64,000 nucleotides of DNA, taken from Azolla caroliniana. Its lineage: Eukaryota > Plantae > Polypodiophyta. Position 1 is the first letter of the stretch. Every line of letters starts with the position of its first letter. The stretch lies in NCBI GenBank assembly GCA_043228905.1, contig JBHGNT010000017.1, positions 1,054,001-1,118,000 of the forward strand. The letters are read 5' to 3'. Of the stretch, positions 53,571 through 64,000 are shown piece after piece. Below the pieces are notes generated by a model, which saw only the letters and a list, made by a program, of their open reading frames with translations, was not told the DNA's origin and did no database searches. A program made the position numbers and the translations under genes.

Positions 53571-55369
53571 ACTGGGTTAGGATGATCATCTTCAAGCAAG
53601 GACCAAATTTTGTTAAAACAATTTTTGTACTAAACATTGACACTCGATGAAAAGCTCACACAATAACTACACCCAAAGACATGCATACTACAAGAGTTTA
53701 TGCACGCCTATCACTACAATATAGAGTCCACTAGTCCAGAGCATTCATCAACCTTTGTGAATACAAACATTTAGATAAATTCAAATGCCATACTTTACTT
53801 ACCCATTAACTCAAGTTGAAAACCCATAAATTTTATTCAAAGATATTAACAACTCTTATGTCTACCAAAATATAGTCAATATAAAAACATTGTTAGCTTT
53901 GTTTGCCTTTTGTTTTTAGCACTGTCATATATATTACCTACACATTAAACAAATGATATTTTGGAACCAATTCACATTTGTTTTCTTTCTTTCTTTCTCT
54001 CGCTCACATATGCCTTTTGTAAAGAGAAGGTATGCATAGGACTTAAGACATTGGCCTCTTGAGGTGGGAGAATTTCAAACGCACAACAGAAGCACATGCA
54101 TGGATATGTGATATGTTTAATAATACTTGGTAAGACAACATGTTGTAATGATTAGATTACAAATTGGATCAAACCTTCACAAAAAGGTGGAGATGTAAAT
54201 AATCTACACAATTATCGGACAATCATGTTGACTCACTTATCACAAACTATTTGGATGTATAATTGAATAAACAAAAAGTGTGTTGGCTTGAAAAAAATTG
54301 TAGGAAGGTTAACGAACAATCCCACTTTTCAAAAACACCACTCTATTGATCTTCTCGTCCCCCTTCCAATATTAATGGAAGATAGTTGCTTGAGGGGTAA
54401 GGGGTCCATTGAAGAAGTTATCATTGAGAATGCATTATTCTATTGATATTTCTTGTCATCCTTTTGAATTTTAATGGAAGAAAGTTGGTTGAAGCTCCAT
54501 TGAAGAAATTATCATCAAGAATTTGATCATCATGCTTTTACCAAATACTTTAGAAGATGCAAGGCTTACTAGGGCATTGGAAGACCTTTGTGTGCATACT
54601 AAGCTATGCGACAAGAACTTGAAGAGCCACTTGATAATATGGAAAGCTTTAAATACCTTGCTTGACATTGAAGTTCCTAAGTGGTATGTGACAATAGCAT
54701 CCCTAAAGCCCACTTGGAAAAAGACGAGAACGTTTCCCATTGAGAACATGGACATGAATATCTAAATGAAGCTTTTTTGCAATGCCAACATATCATGACC
54801 TAAGAAAAATGTGGAGGTTCATGCTTCGCACATTATATAACAGATGTAGCAAGTACAAAACTAGATTCTTCAATGAGCAGGTTTGAGCCCATCCTAATGT
54901 CTACCATCTGATCTATTGATTCCATTTGACTTAGTTCACTCATTTCAACGTGAGACAATAATTGGGCAAGAGGTGATGATTCCAATTGACATCATACATT
55001 TTGTCCCAAACAGATATAGGAGTCTTATCACGCATTAATACAATGCTTTGCTTTTGATCACATTTAAAAATGCTTTCACACATCTTCAACGAAACAAAAA
55101 CTCTGCACAAATTTCTCAAAATGTAATTATGCAATCCAAATTGCTACATCGATTGTCACTACTCAGTTTCATATAATGACGTCGAAATGTTACATTTGTT
55201 GTCATACTCAACCTCCAAAGATAATCATAAAAAACTATCTCTATGCAATCTGCTTCAAAAACTTCTCTCTTTTTGTTTGTAACATTCGTAATTTAACTCT
55301 CAACCATTCTTTACAAATTGGGTAAACTTCAATTAAAACAAAGATTACAGAAGTCATTGAGTAAGAGCA

Positions 55370-58300
55370 CTAACGACAATACTCATTGACGTCATTGATT
55401 TCTCCAGCAATCTCAGTGTCAAGCATCCATTCCTCCGATGAAACAGGAGGTAGTTGCTTCACTTTGCGTTTCAAATTATGTTTGTGCCACTCTGATTTGA
55501 AATGCTCCCTATACTTTGCTGCATCGCCTACCTCTACATCACAAGTATTGCACTTTTGTTTCTTCTCTTTTGGTGCCAAAGCTTTTATGGTCGGTTCTCC
55601 TGTCTGCAAAGATAAAGATTCTAGAGTAGGCATGTCCTCAGAAGTACTTACATCACCACCTTCAGTTGCCATCTGAGAAGAAGATGGGCGAGATGAGTTT
55701 GTATCATCAACTAGATCATCGACAAAACCATCACCTTCATTCTGTACAGCCATCACGAGGACATCCAATCTTCCATTAGAATCCCTAACAAATGCATCGC
55801 ATTCACGAAAATGACCAGGCTCCAATTGACAGACCTACAAAAAACATCGCATTGATTGATCATATATACATGATACCTATACCCTGAATAAATATTTGCT
55901 TAACTGTGTCAATACTTGACCCGAATGTGAAGAATCTTACCGCTTTCAGCATCCCATTAGATTTGTCAGATTGTTCAACAAGCGCATCCCATTCCTTCAG
56001 TTTGTCTATTAGACTTGCGCCCTTATCATCTGGCACAATGAGTTGGAGTCGCATTCTAGCCCTAATAATTTGAAAATGAGTCTGCAGCTCCTTGATAAGC
56101 TCTAGAGCCTAGAGCCTCCATCATGACCAAATTTTTTAACCAGATTAGCATTATCATCTAACATTTAAAGCCAGCAGTGTATTTTTAAAAACCTTCAGAA
56201 GCATACCTGTTTCTTGGTGTTTGTATTTGGGTCTACTGCAAAGTGCAAATCTCGCATGAAGCGCTCAATCATGCTGATTGTATAAGGCCGTTGTGTCTCT
56301 GGGTTCACAGTTTTCTTCATCACAATCATTGCAATGTCCCTGAATTGATTCGAAAGGTGTGCTTCTCTTTCCCTCCCTGATACTTGAAGTTCCCCTTTCT
56401 CTAAAATCTACAGACCATTGGACAAGGTTACAACTATTACAACTACTAGTTCTGCATGCACATTAAACCAGCCATAAAGTAGTATTCTATAATAAATGTG
56501 CGGGACAATAAGAAGAACAAATGAAGGTAGTAGAAGAATTGGAAGGAGGGAATTTCCTGGTTACAGGAAGCAGCAAGACATTTTTAAGGACAGAAGCTCA
56601 TTTACCAAAAAGACATACCCTTGCATACAAAGTTCAAACAATGTGCATGAGAAATAATCACTGGACCATCACATGAGCAAGAAAATCATGTGTTTGAAGA
56701 ACAAAAAACTGGATAGATGAATGAAACAAGTAGATGCCGCTATAAATATCCTATATGTCCTGTTATAAGGCTAAATACTCTAAACTTGCAACTGTGTATG
56801 ATCCCATGAAAGAATCATAATGCTTCATGTGAGCATTCATCGATAACCCAAAGAGTGTGCACAATTCATAATGAATCATTAATTTATGAAATGACCATTA
56901 TATGATTCAATGTGCTGAATCATGGTTTTATGAAGAAGTGTAGCATTATTTAAGAGAAATGTTAGCTTTTATTAATCTTGACAAAAACATGTAAAATATG
57001 CATATATTTGAATCCTGTGAACATATCATATTCAGTTGTTTGAGATTGTTCCCTTCATAACAGGGAATGATCCCAGGTATGTGTCCAGATGACTATACCG
57101 AGAGATGGAATTTCAAATATTAAAAAACCCCCAGTAAAAACACAATAATAAATCTGAGTTCGAATTATAATTGCAACCAAAGCGCAACGAGAAGAAAAAA
57201 AAAGCTGAAACAAAATCAGCCTTTCTTGAAACAGGGATTGGACTATTTCCTTTAAAACGTAACACATTCCCCAAAATGATAAAGCTTAATAAAGTGTATG
57301 GTGAACAATTCCCCTTCAATAAAGACCTATCTAATCGTCTACGATGATTCAATGAATCCAACTTGTGCCAACAATCTTGTTCTAACATACAAAAATCTTT
57401 TACACAAAGCTTCAATACATTGAATTGAATTACAACCATCTGATATCTGCCACAATGATTAGCACAGCTTCTTGAATAACTAGGAGAGCAGAAAAAACAC
57501 AATAAAAACAGGATTTATTTTTACAAAGATCTGCAGTCATTTTGTAGGCAAATCAACCAAATCAATTTGAAACTTTCACTTAACCCATATGAACCTATGA
57601 ATGCATATGAGGATCAAGGTGTAGATACTTGTGATAACAATCAATAACACTGTATCTTGCCTCACACACTAGACGACAACATAACGACAACAACAAGAAT
57701 AAATAACCGATGTAAAAGTACCTCAAGGCAAATCTTGTCTTGATCATCGGTACCAAAAACAGCAATAAGATCCCTGGATTTAGCCAGAATCCCTTTGGAG
57801 ACGTTGTTATAGACTGTGTGAGATTGCAAAACCTCATCAATGTCTTTCTCACTGCATCATAAAAGTAGACAAAAGGAAATATGAGAAAGAAGAAGAAAAT
57901 GAGACGGACAGGAGAGAGATAAAAAATAAGCCCTCAGAACTAAAAGGAAATGCAAAGATGAGAAAACGAAGACCCTACGAAAAGATAATGAAAAGGAAAA
58001 CTTCTTAAACTAAACAAAAGAGAACAAAAGAAGAATAAACCTACTGTAAAGACGGGTGAATGGCAGAAACAAACAGAACAGGCAAACTGGAAGAATCAAA
58101 TTGTTAAGGGGGGGGGGGGGGGGGAGGAAGCTTGCCTTCTTTCATTCTATACTTCCACTTGAGATTTCCATGAGAGAAATACAAAAGGGGGAAACCAAAA
58201 CGAGGACGAAACAGGAAGAGAAATCTTTCGTTCTTTCAACTTACACTCGAGATCGCCAGGAGAGCACAGTGTTCTTGAAGCAAGCGATCTCGAAGCGGAG

Positions 58301-58378
58301 GCCATGGCTCTTGAGACGCACCACGGCCACGTTCGTGAGGCGCTTCTGTCCGACGGGTTGAACCAGAGATCGCGACAT
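55370..58378 (-). CDS. SBDS: Ribosome maturation protein SBDS/Sdo1 with a plant-type C-terminal C2H2 zinc finger, 5 exons: 58378-58245, 57851-57722, 56407-56207, 56108-55941, 55834-55370
   Basis: [42 protein letters not shown]...[42 protein letters not shown] and finger CNTC...[17 protein letters not shown]. Introns are GT-AG and in phase. Confidence 0.96.
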
Positions 58379-58448
58379 CGCAAGGCTCACACATAAAACA
58401 CAGAGAAGCGAAGACCGACAAAAACAAAATGAAGGAAGGAAGGAGAAG

Positions 58449-58600
58449 GGTTTCTCCCTTATTTCTTTAGATGCCCCTGTGTTTTCTCTTTATTCCCAAT
58501 GATGCCCCTGTGTTTTCTCTTTATTCCCAATGATGCCCCTGTGTTTTCTCTTTATTTCTTTAGATGCCCCCTGTGTTTTCTCTGTATTTCCCAGGATGCC
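58449..58600. repeat. Minisatellite, about 31-bp unit x 4.5, in the SBDS proximal upstream region
   Basis: gatgcccctgtgttttctctttatt(cccaat/tcttta) repeated. Confidence 0.9.
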
Positions 58601-58623
58601 ACCACAGAATGAACCACGTTAAT

Positions 58624-59543
58624 TGTTACCCCACAAAGAGTGGTTATAACTTCAGAAGACTTCCAAAGGTTCCTTCCATGGGTGGTGAACTTTGTCAGGG
58701 CCGCCTGTGCTCATAGTGCAACATTTCGGTTTCGATATGCTAATCCGCACCACACCCATTGGAGCCATTAATAAGCTTTCTACATAAATTTGACAAGACG
58801 CAGGCAAATGTTTCTCGTGTATTCATTTGTCGAACATTCCCCTCTCGTCACAAGACTTCAACCTCGAAGTTAACCCGATGACTTTGAGTGATTCGATCTC
58901 AACAATACCCCTTGTCACAGTTTTGGTGCAAGTTTGGTTTTCCTTGGTGTTAGACATTTCCTCGCCACTCCTTGGGGATTAACTCGCTTCCCTTGCTAAG
59001 CTCGAACCCACACTTTGCAAGTCTCGTAAGTGTCTGACCTCAATAAAGAGCTTTATAGTGTAAGCTAAGACTTATGGGCAACATTGACTATTAGAGACAT
59101 GAACTAATGTAAGCATAAAATAAGGATAAAACATAGATCTAGATAGAAAGAAGAGAGAGAAAGAAGGGTGTCGATCCACCCGACCACCCCCGAGCGAAGG
59201 GATCGAGATGGACTCGAGCCTCGATCGGCGTCCCATACCACCGTCGTGGTGTCGAGTCGTACTTGGTGTTGGCGCACTCGCTACAAGAGTTGACCCACCA
59301 CAAGACAAAGTCTCGACATAGTCAACTAGATGATGATATGAGGGTAGCTAGGACTCTTATTTATAGTGATACCCAAGGCCCCCAGGCAAGTTCACACTTG
59401 GCCTAATGGGTTGTCTCAATCCCGAGGATTAAAAGTAATCCTCCCCTTCTTTACACTCTCGTTTAACCCTCACACTTATCCACGTGTATAGAATACTACG
59501 GTAAATTCTCACCACAGGATATTATATGGTCATGCCTGTAACA
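58624..59543 (-). repeat. 3' LTR (about 920 bp) of the chromovirus
   Basis: Inverted termini TGTTAC...GTAACA. 59436-59543 matches 63204-63311. TATA-like CTATAAATA on the minus strand near 59360. The 58624 boundary is inferred from the inverted terminus only. Confidence 0.75.
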
Positions 59544-62500
59544 TACTCCCCATGTTTAAAATATTGCACTCTTGCAATGGAAAGTTAAGGAAGTTAGTTC
59601 TGAGAGTATTTTCGCGTTCCCATGTGGCATCTTTTATTGATTTATCCATCCATTTTATTTTAAATTCTCGGATTTCTTTAGTACGTAATTTTTTTGTTTT
59701 AACATTGAGAATTCTTTCTGGTACATGTGGTTTAGAAGATAATTTTTCAGAAGTAACCAGAGTTTCAGTTGTAACTGTATTGTCACCAGAACCTAGAAGT
59801 TCTTTTAGACGACTCACATGAAAAACTGGATGAATTTCAACACCATCGAGAAGAGCGAGACGGTAGGCTGATGACCCAATGCGTTTGAGGACTATAAAAG
59901 GTCCACAAAACCGTGGGGCTAACTTAGCGCACTTACCCTTAGACAATGTCTTAGAATTGTGAGGTACACCTAAAAATACCTTCTGTCTAGGGTTGAATAC
60001 ACGAGGTTGCCTATGTTGATCGGCATAAAAACGTGTTCTATCTTGAGTTGTTTTTATATTATCTCGTGCAATATGCAACATATCTTGCATATCCTGAAGA
60101 AAGTTTTGCGTACGTCGCAACTCATCATGATGTATATTAACATCAATCGGGGCTCGTGGCTGAAAACCATACATCAACATAAAAGGATTATATCCCGTCG
60201 ACGTATGCTTGGAGCTATTATAAGCAAACTCCAAAATTGGGAGGTAACGTTCCCATTTTGTTGGTTTTGCACCAACATATGCTCGAAGCATGTCCTCAAT
60301 AATTTGATTTACTCGTTCTGTTTCTCCATCGGATTGAGAATGAACCGTGGAGCTCATGCTCAACGTAGTTTCTAACTTCTTAAAGACTTGCATCCAGAAG
60401 TCACTAGTAAATTTTGGATCTCGATCACTCACGATATCCATCGGTAACCCATAAAAACGAAATAACTCGTCAACGAATTGGTAAGCCAATTCAGGAGTTG
60501 TTATCGTGGTTTTAGTAGCAAGTTACCGTGGTTTTAGTAGCAATAAATCTGGCCATTTTAGTTAGTCTATCAACCACAACCCATATGGCATCATGGCCTT
60601 TTTGGGTGCGAGGAAGGCTAACAATAAAATCCATGGATATACTTTCCCACTTATTATTGGGAATGTCCAAGGGATGTAAAAGGCATGTGGCTTTAAGTCG
60701 CTCGGCTTTGTTAACCTGACATTGGTGACATTTAGTCACATAGTTATGTATGTCAAGACGCATCTTAGGCCATAAGAATTGAGTGGAGATGAGAACGAGT
60801 GTACGATGTATTCTAGGGTGCTCTACTGAGGGTGCATCATGGCATTAAAAAAGAATCCTCTTTTTGACCTCGGGTAAATCTGGAACACAAACCTTCCCAT
60901 TACGGTAGAGCAGACTGTTAGCAATGTGGAAGTATTCCTTCAAGGATGTGGTGACGTCTATTCCAGACTCAACTCTTGCCCAGTATTTCGCAAAATAATT
61001 GTCATCAGGATACTTTCCTCGAAGGTGATCATAAAGTTTTGATGTTATTTCAGTAAAGCTTAGCATGTTAACTTCACGGATGCGACTTAGTGCATCGACG
61101 ACATTGTTCATGGAACCTTTACGATATCGTATGGAAAAATCAAAGTCCTGGATGAGATCAACCCATCGTGCCTTACGACCTTTCAGGTCTTGTTGGCACA
61201 AAAATATTTCAAGGACTCGTGGTCTGTAGTCACCACAAAACGATTCCCATAAAGATAATGGTGCCATGTTTTGAGCACATGTATAACTGCAAATAACTCC
61301 TTTTCTTGAACGGTATACCAAAATTGAGTAGAATCAAGTTTCTTACTCTCGAATGCTATTGGTTTACCATCTTGATATAAGACAACACCTATAGCATAAT
61401 CGCTTGCATCGGTTTCAACCTCAAAAGGTTTTGAAGGATCAGGTAAAAGAAGTGAAGGAGCCTTGCACACCAGGTCCTTGAGTTCCTTAAAGGCGAGGTC
61501 TAGTGTAGCATTCCAGACAATAGGTTTTGTAGACTTACGCGTTTGACCTTTTAGAAGATCAGTAAATAGCGTTGTTAATTGGGAGTAATTACGAAGGGAT
61601 TTTGGCAAAAACCCGACAAAACCAAGGAATGATCGAACTTCTCAAATATTCCGAAGAGTGGGCCAAATCTTGATTTTCTTGATCCGAGAAGGATCAATTT
61701 CAACTCCTCGTTCGGTTATGAGATGTCCAAGATAAGTAATTGATTTCTTGAAGAACTCACATTTTGAGATCTTCGCATAAAACTGTTTGTCACGCAATGT
61801 TTGTAAAACAAAGCAGACATGTTTAGCATGTTCTTGTAATGTACGGCTATAAACTAAAATATCATCCAAGAAAATAACGACAAATTTTCCAAGTTGTTCT
61901 CGGAAAATGTCATTCATTTCTTGTTGAAATGTAGCCGGAGCATTGGTCAAACCAAAAGGCATAACCAAAAACTCATAATGGCCATAACGCATACGAAATG
62001 TCGTTTTAGGAACATCGTCCTCACTTATACGAATTTGATGGTAGCCCGTACGGAGATCAAGTTTCGTAAAATACCGAGCTCCCTGGAGACGGTCAATTAG
62101 ATCGTTAGCCCGGGGCAATGGATACGAATTCTTGATGGTCACTTTATTCAAGCGTGGATAATTAATACAAATACGCCATGTGCCCTCTTTCTTTTTAACC
62201 AAAAGAACTGGTGCACCCCATGGAGATTTACTATAACGTATATAACCCATTCGTAAATAGTCCTTGAGTTGCTTAGATACCTCATCCTCTTCGGATAGAC
62301 TTAAGCGATAAGGAGGTATACTTATTGGTGCCACGCCATGTACAATATATATACGATGGTCTATATTACATTTAGGAGGTAACCCATCTGGTAGTTCACT
62401 TGGAAAAACATCACGAAAATCATTTAAGATTTCATCAAGTTGTTGTTGTTCAAAATATGTTAATTGAATCGAGACATTATCGATATTGTAAATGTGAATG

Positions 62501-63203
62501 TCCGGATCAAGTACACAATAAAATAGAGTAGAACAAGACAACTCGGATATTGATGGAGAGGAAACAATCGAGAGGGATTGTTTTTTTACACATTGAATAA
62601 AATGAGTACAATCGTTCAATACAAATGTTATTGAATGATGAACCCAATCAATAGATAAAGAAGAGCTTTTATTATAGAACTAAGGATAACCCAGTATTAC
62701 ATCAGTGGTACAAAGATTCATTACATGGAAATCTACTTCCTCTATATAAGTATCAATAGAAATTCCTAATGAATGAATCGCCCCATTGATGTATTGTACT
62801 CTTCCATCAGCCAAGTGCACCATATATGTGTGATCACTTACGGTGGGTTGGATTCCCCATATCTGAACCAAACGATCATTCACAAAGTTGTGTGAGCTTC
62901 TCGAATCAAACAAAAATTGTACGGGAGATCCATTGATATACCCGTTTGCTCGTAGTAAATCATTGGGAAAGAACATTGACAATTACTTAAAAGATGTGTA
63001 TAAACCTGAAGGACATTAGGAATGTGACCTTTATGGCATGCAACTTTAGCTTTGCTGTCGTGCTCTTTCCGTTGGAGCTTTCGACATTGCTCTTTTGTAT
63101 GACCCTTCTTTTTGCAGAATACGCAAAAAGGATGTTGTCGCTTACAATCGCGATCCATGAATTCGTTGGGTGTCTTGCGTTTCCCAGCGAATTGCGACTG
63201 CAA

Positions 63204-63311
63204 TAATCCTCCCCTTCTTTACACTCTCGTTTAACCCTCACACTTATCCACGTGTATAGAATACTACGATAAATTCTCACCACGGGATATTATATGGTCA
63301 TGCCCGTAACA
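63204..63311 (-). repeat. Truncated 5' LTR (first 108 bp only)
   Basis: Matches 59436-59543 with three substitutions by eye and is joined directly to gag C-terminal sequence. Confidence 0.9.
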
Positions 63312-64000
63312 TTGACATACACATCAAAGTTCCATCAACTCATCTACGACACCAACAAGGATGAACCTACATTCATCGATCAATTTCATTATGGAAACCA
63401 ATGTGATAGGAATAACCTCTTGTTCAACTTCGATGAGTTGACAACTCTTAGCGAGCCCTTTGTCAACCACTCGTGTATTATGACAATTAGTTGACTGCAA
63501 TGAAATACACTTGTTATTTCTCTGTTAAGGTTGTTTTTCAATGTTGTTCCACCATTTATATATTCTCTTGCAAAAGAGACACGGTGAGGAGATGATAAGG
63601 TTTCTGTTTGTTATCTTTGAGCATCTACATTGGTCAAGTAAATCTACCTTACATTCATGCACAAGCACCTGATTTTAAGAAAGATACTCAACTAGTTGGA
63701 CACTCTTAATCACTCAACAACTCAAGGAATGTAACAATCTCGCAATAGGAATGATAATTTCTATTTTTTATTAAATTGAATCACACTTAATCTCAAGAGA
63801 GACCTCAAATGAAGACTTAAGAATAGTTTTGATAAATTCATCAGGGTCACTTTTGTACACTTTTTGTTACAATTATACGCCCTAAGGCCACTCTCTCCTA
63901 CACTCAAGTCACGACAGTTTGAACCAAATGAGTTGTGATGAATGTATGAACATCTATTTATAGATCCTTATGGAGTATTCTAGAATATTTTAGATATTTA

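Larger units (their letters stand above)
58624..63311 (-). mobile_element. Ty3/gypsy chromovirus, internally deleted and frameshifted
   Basis: Minus strand: zinc knuckle CVFCKKKGHTKEQC, protease LFDSRSSHNF, RT ([44 protein letters not shown]), RNase H (TDASDYAIG), integrase (SMDFI, SDRDPKF, ETERVN) and a chromodomain-like end (PERIL...FKIKW...DATWE). PPT-like ATGGGGAGTA precedes the 3' LTR. Flanks TTAAT/TTGAC may be a decayed TSD. Confidence 0.93.

Noticed and set aside
54300-54780. Possible decayed PPR N-terminal fragment on the minus strand
   Set aside because: The similarity is too weak to call by eye.

Overview
AT-rich, gene-dense nuclear DNA from a land plant. It is probably non-seed, and a fern is my best inference from PPR style, HY2 active-site residues and the chromovirus; this is not proven. 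I assembled nine genes by hand from GT-AG exon joins. They are a PLS-class PPR gene with a frameshift (861-3010, -), a JJJ1/DNAJC21-type J-protein (5537-8013, -), a small protein with a Spo12-like SPTDxxMSP motif (13203-14552, +), a PLAC8-family protein (19061-23603, +), a CRLK1-like receptor-like kinase (25195-29913, -), a HY2-type ferredoxin-dependent bilin reductase (40680-44750, +), a secretory/ER-type NDPK (45871-48638, +), histone H3.3 (50102-50919, -) and SBDS (55370-58378, -). Mobile DNA comprises two decayed Ty1/copia elements within or next to the kinase gene, a young Mutator-like MITE with a 9-bp TSD, hAT-like MITE fragments, a LINE remnant and an internally deleted Ty3/gypsy chromovirus whose intact 3' LTR sits about 245 bp upstream of the SBDS start codon. 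The most notable observations are that HY2 has the algal-type Asn/Asp arrangement rather than the Arabidopsis Asp/Asn one, that the PPR frameshift looks like a collapse between 12-13-nt microhomologies, the Spo12-like motif, and a perfect 139-bp duplication with templated filler DNA. I found no convincing multi-gene novel system. No database searches were run, so family calls rest on recalled motifs.
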